A stretch of 63,904 nucleotides of DNA from Octopus bimaculoides (GCF_001194135.2 NC_068994.1:44599933-44663836), one strand, 5' to 3'. Shown: positions 11,908 to 25,845, numbered from the stretch's first letter. Notes: generated by a model not told the origin, from the letters alone. Program-made: numbers and translations.

Positions 11908-12660
11908 ATCATCATCATCATCATCATTGTTTAACATCAGTTTTCCATACTGGCATAGGTTGGACGGTTTGAATGAGGTCTGGAGAGCCAGTGGCTTCAC
12001 CAGGCTCCAATCTGATCTGGCAATGTTTCTACAGCTGGGTGCCCTTCCTAACACCAACCACTCTGAGATTGTGTAGTGAGTGCTTTTTACATGCCACCGG
12101 CACAGGAGCCAGTCAGGTGGGCCTGGCATCAATCACATTCAGATAGTGCTTATTACATGCCACTGGTATGGGGGCCAGTCAGTGGGTACTAGCATCGGCC
12201 ATGTTCAGATGGTGCTTTTTACGTGCCACCGGCACTGGCCACAGCTACGATATTGGCTTTACTTGATTCAACAGGTTTTCTCAAGTACATCATATCGCCC
12301 GACGCATCAGGGGTACTCTTAACTGGGCCAGACAGGCATGGCTGCAATCTCACTTTAGTTGCTGGGTCTTCTCAATCACAGCATATCTCCAAAGGTCTTG
12401 GTCTCTTGTCATTGCCTCTGTGAGGCCCAGTGTTTGAAGGTCATGCTTCACCACCTCATCCCATGTCTTCCTGGGTCTACCTCTTCCACAGGTTCCTTTC
12501 ACAGTTAGGGAGTGGCACTTCCTCACACAGCTGTCCTCATCCATATGTAACACATGACCATACCAGTGCAGCATCTCTCTTGCACACCACATTTGATACT
12601 TCTTATGCCCAACTTTTCCCTCAGGGCACTTACACTCTGTTGTGTATGCACACTGACATT
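11908..12660 (-). mobile_element. 5'-truncated RTE-clade LINE (ORF C-terminus, 3' UTR and (GAT)n tail)
   Basis: LHWYGHVLHMDEDSCVRKC...GRGRPRKTWDEVVKHDL is the RTE C-terminal signature. Isolated 3' UTR ends at about 17337-17505(+), 25855-26040(+), 36290-36478(+) and 46215-46410(+). Confidence 0.9.
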
Positions 12661-12700
<40 letters not shown>

Positions 12701-12851
12701 TCTCTCTGTTTATTTCCCCATATTCCTTTCAGTTGAAGAGTGTAGGCTTGAAATGTAAAAGACTTTCTCACTTTCCCAAGGTGTCAAACTAATATACCTG
12801 CTTGTTGTTCATACACCTGTCTTCATCTTCTGTTTTTCTGTAAATTTCAAC

Positions 12852-12895
<44 letters not shown>

Positions 12896-13079
12896 GTTGG
12901 CATTTTCCAGTTTCTGTCTACCAAATCCACTCATGATTTTGGTTGGTTCATGGCTATGTTATGAGACACTTTTTCAAGGTGCTGCATCATGGAATGGAAC
13001 CTGAGACTTCATGGTTAGGAAACAAGCTCTTTTAAACTACACAGCCATGCTTGTGTCTATCCTCACCATTTTCCAGATA

Positions 13080-14060
13080 CAGCTACATACCTATTTCAAT
13101 CTTACGTCAATGACTAAGAAACAAGGCTAAAAATAGCACTTGTCAAACGCACTGTCTCATTTCTTGCCAGCAACATCAGAGAATGTCAATTAAAACAAAC
13201 CATCGCATTTAACAACACTAACACACACACAAATCATAAATACTTGGTGTTACATACAACTTTTCTACAATGCACATAGAAGACATAGTAAAGAAAGTGT
13301 AGCAAGACTCAGAATTCAAAACCCTGTCAGTTCAGTAACAAGAAAAGACCACAGCATATCAAGTTTCCTTATTTGGCTGTGACTACATGAGGTGATTTTA
13401 AGTCAGATTTTAGCTAACTGTGGTTCTGGTGCATTTGTGTGGTGTTAAGATTAGTGAAAAACTTTCATGTAGTTTCATGCCAAATCATGGTTATCAACTG
13501 AGATGTGTGAGAAATACAATACAGAAGAGCTAGAGGCAGAGGGCTCATAGAGGTTATTCTGATTAGCCGGTAGTTATGCCATCCAACCTCATGTGAAAAG
13601 ATCACCTCCTGCCGAGCATACATTTCTCCTCTCACCATGCATACATTTTCATACACTAACTACTGGTGCTTAGAACAACAGTTTTTTTGTAAAGCAACAA
13701 TTTTAACATCAGTCTGTAAATAAACATGTTAACAAAACCTAAATATAGTAAACTGGTTTTATTTGGGAGTTGCAGCTCTAAGATAACCTCTTCTACAAAA
13801 GTAAAATGTAAACAATATTTAGAGTGCTCACTGATGCCACACAAGACCAACAGAAGGAAACAATAACAATGGTATACAAGTAACACTTTAAATCCATCAT
13901 GAATTGCGACAGCCCTATCTGAGCTGCCAATCTTTCCACAATAAGCTGCAAAAAATAAACATGCAAACGAATGAACATTATAACAAGCTGCACACAGATC
14001 ACATCAAAAAGCCATTAATTGCAATTGGATAAACTAAACTTCTCCACAGTTTGTATTTAT
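13080..14060 (+). mobile_element. Decayed I/Jockey-like LINE fragments (region C-terminal to the RT core)
   Basis: Frameshifted KYLGVT-like motif near 13238, HIEDIVKK, and QQKETITMVYK*HFKSIMN...SPI*AANLS near 13848-13940. Confidence 0.65.
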
Positions 14061-14689
14061 AACTAGATGAACTCCTTGTAGTTTATATTTACAGCTAAAT
14101 GAATATAACTACTGAAAGCTGAATGTCATTAACAGGAACTAAGTGCAGTGCTAAATACAAGATATTTTTTGACTCCTTTTAGTCATTTAGCTGCAGCCAC
14201 TTTGTAGAATCGTCTTCAAAGGTTTTAGTCAGCTATATTAGCATCAGTGCTTATTTTGATCTTGTATATTTTACATTTTACTTGTTTCAATCATTTGACT
14301 GTGGCCATACTGGGGCATAATCTCAGATGATTCAGTCAAAAAAATCAACCCCGATGCTCTATTTTTTTTTTAAAGTCTAGTATTTATTGTATGAACCACT
14401 TTTGCTGAGCTGAACAACTACACGGACATAAGCAAACCAACACAAGTTTTCCAGTGGTAGTGGAGGACAAATGCATTCACACACGCACACACAGGTGCAT
14501 GCAGTCACAGATACACATATACATATACGATGGGCTTATTTCAGTTTCTATCTGCCAGATCCACTCAAAACGCTTTGGTCAGCCTAGGGCTATATTAGAA
14601 GACACATGCTCAAGGTGCCATGCAGCGGTACTTAACCCAGGACCATAGCTTCCCAACACACTGCCATGCCTGCACCTATTTATTGATGG

Positions 14690-15680
14690 CAAGGCTCAAC
14701 AATACAGGACACACAAGAAATACTTGCTTTAACAGAAGGTGTTTAGCAATGCATTGTCATCTATACAATTCTCCATCTTCCTCACAACAATGCTGGCAAA
14801 GGTGTTCCACACACCTGAGGACAGAGTCTATATACAGTCCTTCCAAACTACAGACTTCTTCAATGTTGCCCATTTTAGAACAAAGTTGAAAACTGCATAG
14901 ATCTATGTAAAGGAGTTTATATATGCAAATGACACTACACTAGTTGCTTGTATGCATGAGAACATGCAAAGAACTGTTGGTGTGTTATCCACTGCTTCTG
15001 AAATATTTGGTCTCAAAATAAAAATCAGAAAGACAAAAGTGCAATAACAGCCAAGTACTATGCCAACACATGAAGAAAATATCAGAGTTAATGATATTAA
15101 TTTGAAAACTGTACAAGACTTGGGTATTTTAGCAGTACTATATTAAAAGATGAACACAGATGTTGAACTACAGAATAGGATGGCAATGGAAACAGTATTT
15201 AGATAAATGTATTTATAGCTATAAAACAGTCGTGTTTCTAGCAGAATCAAATGAAAGATCTATAGAGCAATCATCCTATTTCCTCTCTTGTATGGATGTT
15301 GTTCAGGAGTCAAGTGAAGAAACTTCATACCTTCATAATGAGAAACCTGCACTCATCTATAAAGTCTCCAACAAAGACATGGTTCCCAGTAACAAGATAT
15401 TTTAGAGTAATCAGGGTTGCCAAGTATAGAAGATTTCCTCATCAGTAAAACTTTCATTGGATGAGCATGTAACTCAAACATAAACTGAAAGACTGTCCAA
15501 GAAGATCCTATACACACAACTACCTGAAGAGCAAAAGAAAAATGACCAACCTCACCAAAAGACACTCTAAAGAGAATTCCTAAAAATAAGAGTATAGCCT
15601 TAATGTCATGGATATCCATAACATATGAACGGAATGCCAAGTGAGTGGTCATGAAACAACTATAAGAGCAGTCATGATTG
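14690..15680 (+). mobile_element. Decayed RTE (BovB-like) LINE reverse-transcriptase fragment
   Basis: FSIFLTTML...KEFIYANDTTLVA...FGLKIKIRKTKV...SGLPSIED...ERLSKKILY with stops and frameshifts; YADD decayed to YAND at 14922-14933. Confidence 0.9.
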
Positions 15681-17076
15681 CCATTTTCCCTGTTAGAACA
15701 AGTGTTAGTTTTGCAAGCTTCATGGATGAGGCAATATTTAATAGTCAGATACTCTTCCAGTTGTCAACTTTTTTTTAGTTACTACAAACAGAGATATGTA
15801 CTAGGTGTGTGCTGCACACCTATTGGAAATGGCAAATTCATTATAAATATTAACCTTAATCGTTAATTTAATCACAAATCTTAATGGAAAAGTTTTGTTA
15901 TACCCCTATTTGAAATTTGGTGGCACTGAGTGTGGCAGCACACCCAATACAACAACCGCCGCTGAACATGTGTCACCCAGTCCAGGAATCGGAACTACAA
16001 TTTTATGATCATGAGTTCAACACCCTAACCACTAAGCCATTTGTCTCCACTGTATAATGCATGTGTATGCATATTTCCTTATTTATTACAAGGACATCTC
16101 TTTTAGAGGATGGTCCTGACAATCAGCATATCACCGGTTGAAATAAAGCAAAGCTGCAGAATTTGAACTCACAAATTAGAGAGACAAAACTGAACAACAT
16201 AATGTATTTAGTATGCATTCTACTCCCTCAGCTTTCTCTACTACCTTACAATTAGAGTGTGCAAAAATGAACAGAAAATAAACAGAAAGAGAAATGTCAT
16301 CATAGAGCCAGTGAAAACAGAACAAGCATGCCTTGGTTAAAACCAAAAATACATTAAGAAAATTCTTGCACCTCTGCTGTATTTCTCGTGTTGAGTATAA
16401 CCTTCTAAGTTGATGTAATTTAATTTAGATAATTTTTTCATCACTTTTCATCATCTTCAATAGTTTACTGTTGTTTTTTTGCATCCAGTGAGCAGCTGTT
16501 TTACTTGCTAAGAATTCCATTTGCTGCTATGAAATACTGGCATGGATATTTTATACCAATTCCCTAAGACTCTCAGAGACAATATTTGTTTTATAATTTC
16601 TTTCATCATAAATTAAACAACCAATTTATTTTAGAACTAGTATACTTCAGGGAATATATATTTTAACGCCCTTATACTTTTAATATTCATTTCTACCATT
16701 GGCACAAAGCCAGCTATTTTCAGGGAAGGGTATAATCAATTAAATCAGCCCCTATAACCCTGTACATTAACTGGTATTTATTCATTTAATATTGGCAGAG
16801 CATCATACAAAATGACTTGCAGTATTAAATTACATTTGTTTATATTTTCAGTTCAAATCTTACTCAAACCAACCTCACTTTTCAGCCTTCCAAAGTTAAT
16901 TAGTAGACATGTGGCTATGTCGTAAGAAGCTTGCTTCCCAACCACATGGTTCCAGGTTCGGTCCCACTGTATGAGAGCTTGGGCAAGTGCCTATTACTAT
17001 AGCCTCAGGCCAATCAAAGCCTTGTAAGTGGATTTGGGAGAAAGAAACCGAAAGAAGCCTGTCATATATATGTATG

Positions 17077-17107
<31 letters not shown>

Positions 17108-17550
17108 TGAGGCAGGTTATCTACAGTTGAATATCCTCACCATTGCTAATGCTCACCTGTTTCCAAGCGAGGTAATATTTTCTTATGGCCAGGCATGTTT
17201 TCTTTTATGGAAGACAGATAATGAACAATATTGCTTGTATGACTGAAGTTTGTTTACAACCATCATGCAATGTCAAGACATGAGTGCATGCACACACACA
17301 CATATACACACACACACATATAATATATATATATATACACTCTCTGAGTGGTTGGCGTTAGGAAGGGCATCCAGCTGTAGAAACTCTACCAAATTAGATT
17401 GGAGCCTGGTGTTGCCATCCGGTTTCACCAGTCCTCAGTCAAATCGTCCAACCCATGCTAGCATGGAAAGCGGACGTTAAACGATGATGATGATGATGAT
17501 GATGATACTGCTTGAGCCGTCTAAGAGTGGTCGCCATTTCCCCTTCCATG

Positions 17551-17645
17551 CCGGCTATCTCTGACAAGTGTATATTATAAAACTGGTTTGTTGCCTAACA
17601 CTCCATTATATAATTTCATGTGAAACCAATTGGTAAGACCAGCCG
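17551..17645 (+). ncRNA. Fossil type I hammerhead with long stem II (family 2, copy 1)
   Basis: CGGCT-A-TCT-CTGACAA-GTGT...47 nt...ATGT-GAAAC-CAATTG-GTA-AGA-CC-AGCCG; core and stem II defects are CpG-type transitions. Confidence 0.6.
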
Positions 17646-17674
17646 TGATGGATAATTAACACTATAAAATTCAG

Positions 17675-17709
<35 letters not shown>

Positions 17710-18359
17710 TACTCTTCTGTTACAGTAAGATCAACAAAAAAAGTACTCCATCCAGTGAGAGATAAATATCATCTAATGTACACAGTATATTGTTATAAGC
17801 TACTAATTGTTTCATACATTGGAGATATTGTCTAGGCAGGCTTTAATAACATGCCTAGTGTCAGTCAGCCCAGCACTATTATAAAAGACACTTGCCCAAG
17901 GTTTTGCAGTGGGATAGAACCCAAAACCATATGGTTGGTAAACAAGCTTCTCAACTGCACAACCATGCCTGTGCTAATAAATCAATACAGTTATAATGGT
18001 ATTTAACATTGGTACACTAGGTTACAAATACTAACAATAGAAAATCATATAAGGTACTGTAACGCATTTGTCTGTTAATCTACCAATCCACTGTTCTTGT
18101 GCAACAATGACAAATATACATAATATTTCTATGAAATATGATAAGGAAAACTCTTCATTTAAAAAAAAATCAAGGAAACAAAAAAAATCCAAAGTCACTA
18201 TAAGTGATATGAATAACTGTAGAGCAACTTTTATTGATCAGGACTGACTTGAGACTAAACTATAAAACAGCAGTATAAAAATGTGTTTTACAGATTAATT
18301 ACTGTTAACAATAATGATGTTGGCCTCCTTTAGCAGATTAGGCAGTGAATAGCTCAAAG

Positions 18360-20780
18360 TTTCGCTAGTGTTGAACGTCTACAGTAGTATCCGGCGTAAC
18401 TTTGACAAGACAAGTCTTCGAATCACAGATACAGATCATCGAATGAGTTTCCGACGGAGTTTTTGTCTCCCTACTTTCACTCACAAATGCTGGGTCGAAC
18501 CTAAAGCTATACTAGAGGACATTTACCCAAGCCAACGTGCTATACAGTGTGATACCTCATGTTTGAGGATGTGAGGGAGCATCTACATGGTTACTTAGCC
18601 TGCTAGAAATAACAATCAAATCCTCCTCGATAACACCCTACGCGTCATTAATGAAATAAAAAACGGAAAACATAATCTTGGAAGATCATTTTAGGGGGGA
18701 AAAAAGAAAAAAAGACCGAATGGGTACGGCTAGAGCACGTTCGATCGCAGATAGATACGCTCTACCAAAGCTGACTTAGCGGCTAAACATCTGCCGTAGT
18801 AACTATCCCGATGATGTCACTATATTCTTAAAAAAATTAAAATATTGAAATTCCAGTGCAGCCACCCATTGTCAGGATCTCCCATCCCACATTCATTGCT
18901 TTTACTTCAATAAATAATTTGTTTATTATACTTTTTCTATTATGTTTTGTTTTATCTTTTTTTTCTTTTTACTGGTTTAAATATTTACTGGTTTAAATAT
19001 TATAGTATTAGCATTGTTTTCTGTGAAGGGAGCAATAAAAGAAAGGAAAAAGTACAATTGACATTTGAATTCTATAGTAGTAAAAGAAACAGCATTGAGT
19101 TTGCCGGAATGAATGAAAAATGACCATATGGTCTTAATGTATTTCACTTCACGATAAAAAATAAACATAATATATGATGTATGTCATGATACTTTGCATA
19201 ATTTAAAATGGTATTATCACATACGAAACAATTCCAGTTTTTTTAGGGATTTTATTTTTGCGTATTAGTTCTTGTTTGGTGTTCATTATTTACTCGATCT
19301 CAAAGAAAATATTAAGAAGCCGGTGAAAGTATAATTATTGCGTTATTAAAATAGTTCCGTCGTATCGTGTCGGATGATAAACTAGCAGTGTTTTTATTTA
19401 AGTGTAACACACTCGTAGATGTTTTACAAGGGAGAAATACTTGAAATAATCATTTTAATAACAAGCTAAAATAAATCCAAATGCCAGTTGCACAATTCTG
19501 TTTCGCTTTATCTCCCTTGTGTTTACATACAAATAGAATCTCATCTTTCTGAACGGGGTCCTTTCATATTCGATGGATAATTAGTGAAAAATTAAATATT
19601 TACTAAAATGTACATCCCAACGACTACCAATATTGACTAACCGAGTTCAACCACATCTTAAGATCGTCCTTGGTCAATGTAAATTTATTACCCAGTTTCT
19701 TTGTATTGGCTACTTTGAAAGATTGGCGACAAGCACCACCTGAAGAAAACAGCACAAGAAAGGTTAGCGTCAATGAGTTGTCAGTTATTAAAGCCAGTCC
19801 ATTCTCCACTGTTTGTGTTTGCAACGTTTTTTACTTGTCTTTTCATATATTCATTTGCTTTCAATATTGTAAATAATTGTGGATTCTACGCCAAAGTATT
19901 CATGTGTGCGTGCTGAATTTCAACAAGTGAAAACATTATAAATGTTCTCAAGTAATAATAATTAATCAAGAGCTAAACAAATCTGACAAAAAACTTTATA
20001 TTAAACTTGATAATTATATGAATTTATTATTTCAACCATCTCTTCTTATTTGGCTTCAATGCACATTCAGTTCTTTCTGGAAGTTCATCCATTGAGATAT
20101 ATGTAATTTCTTTGGCCCAAAGTTTTATTGGCTTTAAAAAACATTACCTAAAGATATTAATTTCAGAAATTAAAATGAAAATTGAACTATGAACGTTACT
20201 TCTTGTACTGATCATTTGCTAAACTTTTTGGTTCTATCATTTTTCCACTTAAAAAAAGGGTAGGAATACTGTGAAAACTTAGACACAGCTATAAGCTTGT
20301 CAATGATTTTACAACTCTCTGAGGAATTAAAAGATTATTCGACATTGGAGAACTCGTTCTGAATACTGAAAGACTTTGTCTATATAATAAGGAAGAAACT
20401 ATCGTTGCTGGCTGTCAAATATTTGTGACAGTCATTCTTAAATTAGTAAATTATCTCCTCAAAATTTCATACTCCTTCTTCTACCCTGGTTTTATCCATT
20501 CCCATTGGTTACGGCATTTCGTGTTTATTTGACTTTGCATCTTGTTTATTGCCAGATGTGATGCTTGTTAAAATGATCAATGGATCCACCACAACAACGA
20601 AATTGTTTGCCTTCATTCAAAATTATTATTTTCTTCCCCTCCCCTGTTACTTGCTTTCTCGGATTGCAACTGATTGCAGTTGACATCTAAATTAGGTCAT
20701 GGTTATTCTGTGTATTTTCGCCCGGAGTGGGTATACCAGAATATAAATACGAAGGGTTTGCGACAATATAAGCAGTATAA
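18360..20780. promoter_or_regulatory. Local CpG-retaining region, possible promoter / gene 5' end
   Basis: CpGs visibly more frequent than in the flanks, even in an old SINE fragment at about 18440-18560; judged by eye, not computed. Confidence 0.3.
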
Positions 20781-23424
20781 GTAGTTCTATCACGAAATGG
20801 GAGTTAAAGTAAATAAGATGACATTAGCATGTTGCTTTGTCTCATTGTTCGATCTGTAAATTCTTTGGTTTCTTTCTTTTGGTAGTCTTTACTAGTTCCC
20901 AGCACTTGCACGCAGCATGCATCACTGTTTTAAACTGTATCTCACTGTATCTTGCATTCTGTATAGCCTATTGTTTGCCCTGAAAACCAAGTTTCATCAT
21001 ACTACCTTCCTACTTACAGTGCAAGACTATTTTTCTAGTGGTTCTAACTGTTAAATACAACCTTCATCTTAGTAATGTTTAAATTTATATTTTATTAGCC
21101 AATCCCACTTCTGTATAATTATATCCACATTAAAAACAAATGATATGGGTATGTAAACAAATATAATTCAAACGAAAATGAAGATATCCTTGATGTGAAT
21201 TGAATTACACATACCCTGCTGCATAAGCATGCTTCCTCTTGCAATATCAGAACACCAAAATTTTACCTTGGAATTATGCTTAAAATGTCTTACAATAAGG
21301 ATGTAATATCAAATATTGAAGTTTTTGTACAAGGTATTTTGAATTTACTGAAGCACTCCTGCACATTGCATCCGCCGTAAAGAAGGATCTTTATTTTTTT
21401 TATTCAAATTTTACCTCTGGTAGAATATTTTTACTCACTGAAAACAAGAAGTGACCCTAGAGCACTGTACATATCCTGTAAATGGATTAACACCTAATTT
21501 TCTTGGTTGTTAGTTAAAAGGAATATCTTTATCGTTGGAGTTAAAGTTAAAAAAAAAAAACAGTAGAATCATGAAAGTAAGGTTTAATGTTAATTGAAAA
21601 GCAAGTCAAAAGAAAGATCTGAAGCTTAATTAGAATCTGATCAGATATTGCAATCATTGTGAGGGAAAAAAAAATAAGCACCACACAACACAACCATTTG
21701 CAATATATTGGCTTCAAATTTTGGCATACAACCAGCAATTTCAGGGGTAGGGTAAGTTGATTATATCAACCCCAGTGCTCAACTGGTACTTATTTTATCA
21801 ACCCTGAAAGGATGAAAGGCAAAGTTGACTTCAGCAGAATTTGAACTCAGAGTGTAAAGACAAATGAAATGCCGCTAAGCATTTTGTCCAGCATGCTAAC
21901 TATTCTGCCAAATCACTACTCAACCGTCTGCAATATGTTAAAATAAAAAATATTTAATAACATTTAATTGCAGCAAATGAAGCTCAATTATAATTAATGA
22001 CACAAAAGAAAACATTGAAAAAGTATGCAGGAATATTATAACTGATACTCCAAGGTTTGGAATATATAAAGGATTTATTATAGAAAGCTTTCATGACTTT
22101 TATAAATGTAAAAGATAACAATTATTTCAGTAGAGTCCCATCACATTTCTGCTATAGCATGAAGAATCTTTTCACATGTATAACAGCCATGTTTAAAGGA
22201 TGCCTTTGAAATAAAAAAAAAAACAAACATAAAATGAATGTTTCTAAATAACATATTTCACAGCAACTGGATGAATATATTTGCAGCATTTAAGATTTAT
22301 AATCAAGTTTGCTATAGAATTTGTCAGGCTTCACCATCATCATTTTACATATGTTCTTCTATGCCAGTTATGGCTTGATGGGTTATTTCAGTACGGCATC
22401 TCACCACTTATTGCAGTTTTTGGTCTCATCTGATGCACACAAAAGAAAACTGCAAATCATTGACATACATAATTGCAAAGATCGGTGGTTTTCTCTGTTG
22501 TGTATGTCATGTTTTTTGTGTGTTTTGTTTCTGTTTTTGCTGGATGGCTTTCCTGTTTCCAACCGTTTTAAGTATGGACTTGGTGCATTTTACCTTACAA
22601 CCAGCACTGGAGAGATTGTCTGCACCAGGATGGAAGAGTTCTCTCTCTATTTCATATCAGTTTTTCTTTCTGTAATCGAGTTACTGTTCTCCTAGATAAC
22701 TGTTCATGTGAATTCCAAATTTCCAGTTTTTAAACTTTCTTTTTCTTTTTGTTTGGCATGCTTGCTTGTGTCAAATATGTATACACCAATATCCTATGAT
22801 CCAATGCTTGAGGTGGTAAACATATGTATGGAATTGGTCTGCTTCATCAGGGTTGATTGGAGGTTAAACAACAAGCACTGCAGCTAACAGTAAGAGATTA
22901 TCTCTTTGTGGTAGGTTTTGACCATAAAGAGTTAAGTGTTTTTGCCAATGACATAATACACCAGTTACAGGATAATTATTGATCATTCAGCTAGTTGAAA
23001 CTGTAATAGATTTCTAATTATTTATTTATTTATTTGCTGGATTTGGTTTCAAATGCTGCCAAAGTCAACTTTACCTTTCATCCTTTCAGGGTTAATAAAA
23101 TAATGTAGCAGTGGGGGGTCAATGTAATCAATTGGCCCACTACCCTGCCCCATGGATTTCAGGCCTTGTGCCTATAGTAGAAAGAGTTATTTATTTGCTG
23201 GGTCAGAAGGAAGATGCAGTGTCCATGACCTTTGCAGGCCCTTGAAAACTAATGAGATTGATGCCATTAATGTTCCTCTTGAGCCTTTGTAAGTCGTTCC
23301 CTGCTAAAAACGTATGCACATACCTAATCTATTACCCAACTTAACAGTCTACCGGCCTTTGAATGTCTTAACCTGTGTACTCTCTGTAAGAAGCACTGAG
23401 GCCAAATTTCTTATCCAAGGATAG

Positions 23425-23745
23425 GAGCACTCCATCGGTTACGACGATGAGGGTTCCAGCTGATACGATCAACGGAACAGCTTGCTCGTGAAATTAACGT
23501 GCAAGTGGCTGAGCACTCCACAGACACGTGTACCCCTAACGTAGCTCAGGGAGACTCAGCATGACACAGAGTGTGACAAGGCCGGCCCTTTGAAATACAG
23601 GTACTACTCATTTTTGCCAGCTGAGTGGACTGGAGCAACGTGAAATAAAGTGTCTTGCTCAAGGACACAACGCGTTACCGGGAATTGAACTCACGACCTT
23701 ACGATCGTGAGCCGAATGCCCTAACCACTAAGCCACATGCATTCA
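23425..23745 (-). mobile_element. tRNA-derived SINE family D, young copy with perfect 15-bp target-site duplication
   Basis: TSD cttatccaaggatag at 23410-23424 and 23746-23760; A-box tggcttagtgg and B-box gagttcaattcc. Other head copies at about 15915-16050(-) and 47463-47716(+). Confidence 0.9.
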
Positions 23746-24619
23746 CTTATCCAAGGATAGCTTGCTCCTGCCAGTCTTGGAGGTCTTGAGAAAAACCATT
23801 TGCTCTGTTGTCTCTCATTTTACTAAACCATACAAGAAAAAGCTGCAACTCATGAAGATGTTGCTGATAAAATTCTTTCAAATATGATTCATTGATAATT
23901 CGATTGATCAAATACAAAGAAAGTGTAATTGTAATGAAGATGCAGTAAAGAACCAATAATGACATAGACTCAACATTTATTAAATATGGAACATGAATGA
24001 AGTACACAAGCAAACATAAAACAGCCTTCACAAGAGTTCACTTATAAAAGCTAATACTTTTAATGTTGCTCTTTAAGACATTGAACTGATAGAATCAATA
24101 ACCCATTGGATAAAATGCTTAGTGGTTTTTCCTTCCAGCTTTATGTTCTGGGTTCAAATTCCTCTGAGGTCAACTTTGTCTTTCATCTTTTTGGGGTTGA
24201 TAAAATAAGTACTAGTTGAGCACTGAGTGTTGACGTAATCAACTAGAAGTCTCTCCCAAAATTTTGGGCCTTGTGCCTATAGAAAAAACAATTGTTGTTG
24301 TTGTTTGGCCTCAGATAATCCTTGATCAAACAGATCTATGATGGAAGATGTTCTAACTGTGACCAACCTATTGTTTTGTATATATCAAGGAGTACATTGT
24401 CCAATGTGTCCCTTTTTTTTAAGGCAGTAGAATGTATTTAAACAAATTTGGTTGTTATTTCTAGCAATTCAAATGAATTCACGACACTCCTTTGTTGGCT
24501 CTCCAATACTTGCTAATAGAATAGTTCATTCATAAAGCTGATGTTTCAATTTCAATACTATTAACTGGATGGAAGATAATTCTACACTAAAATAGGATAC
24601 TGCTATACCATGAGCCAAT

Positions 24620-24795
24620 GAGGGAGGTTTTTATATGGTTATTTGATCCACAAGAAATAACAGCCAAATCTTCTCCAGATCATAGCTTCCCTTCTTAGAA
24701 AAGGAAAGAACACACTGGATAATGTAGTCATGGATACCCATGAAAATACCAGATAGTCATGGCTGTTATGGATCTGCTGACTTTGGATTAAACAT
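24620..24795 (+). repeat. Old interspersed repeat family E (SINE-like), unclassified
   Basis: ctagaaataacagccaaatc...cactggataatgtagtc...gatggtcatg motif recurs at about 6580-6770(-), 18575-18790(+), 24300-24500(-), 26545-26770(+) and 48950-49110(+). Confidence 0.6.
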
Positions 24796-24854
24796 TTACA
24801 AGTAGTATACCATAACTAACTTTTCTGAAAAGATTTATATTTAATATTCTGAAA

Positions 24855-25089
24855 CAGTGGTTTTCAACTGACATCCATATGGCCCTTGGGAGACCATCTA
24901 AGATTCTGTTGTTAAAATTTATCTGCAATAAATAGCTTATATTTCTACAATATACAACATATTTTAATCTTTTTATACAATTCCTAATAATATTTAATAA
25001 TGAAAATATAGTAGGATTTTTTAAAATTTTTATTTGAGTAAACTAGAAATCAAAGAGGTACATAGGCAAAAAATGGTTGAGAACCACAG
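24855..25089. mobile_element. hAT-type MITE
   Basis: TIR cagtggttttcaac / gttgagaaccacag; 8-bp TSD ttctgaaa / ttctaaaa (7 of 8 match). Confidence 0.8.
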
Positions 25090-25812
25090 TTCTAAAACTA
25101 AAGCTGTGTAGAATTATGTGCTTTGATCAGGGTTCAAATTACTGCCATAACACTTAAACTTATGATTGATGATCTTAACTTTTTTACTTATGGAAAACAG
25201 TTTTACATGTGTATATATCTTTTCTTGGGGAATGTCATGTTTGCAATTCTTTTCTGTCGACACATCAAGTTTATTGAGGCAACATGACTTCCAGAAAAGC
25301 AAAGCAATAATTAACATCGTTACTAGAATAACCATGAAATTTGGTTACACAGTGAAAGAGTTAATAACCACATAGAAGAAACAAATAGAAACAATATATG
25401 GTAGAGGGGAATCTTTAGTCTTGTCATGCCATTATAGTCAAGAGTATGGAGACTCAAGACTCTCTAACATAATGGCATTATAAACTTCATCCAGTTGATG
25501 CAGTGTATGCATTGGTAAGAAGAACATCCAGCTGTAAAAACCATGCCACCACCATCACTACCAAAAAGGAAATATATGGAGGTGACACAGGTAGAAGGGG
25601 TTCTTTAGTGCAATGAAGATATGCATGTTTCTGTTGTTTTGTTCTTTGTGCCAGGTGCCAAAGGACTGCAAAGAATGGGAAGATGAAATGTAGTAATGGA
25701 ATATTCAACATCGTTGCATGTGTGTGTATATATATATATATATATATTTAGAGAGAGAGAGGAAGAGAGTAGAGATTAATATACATGCATGAACGTATTT
25801 TTTTTGCATGTT

Positions 25813-25845
<33 letters not shown>

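Noticed and set aside
22845-22851. CTGATGA on the minus strand (also 26074-26080)
   Set aside because: No matching GAAA or stems; the 26 kb hit lies within RTE-like coding sequence.
23660-23745. tRNA genes at SINE heads (also 47463, 50785, 40451 and 16905)
   Set aside because: A/B boxes are present but there is no complete cloverleaf or acceptor stem, and each continues into a repeat body.
23747-24031. 94-aa minus-strand ORF ending at the SINE-D TSD, as a gene disrupted by the insertion
   Set aside because: Removing the SINE does not extend the frame (stop lies within the TSD), and the peptide is unrecognisable.
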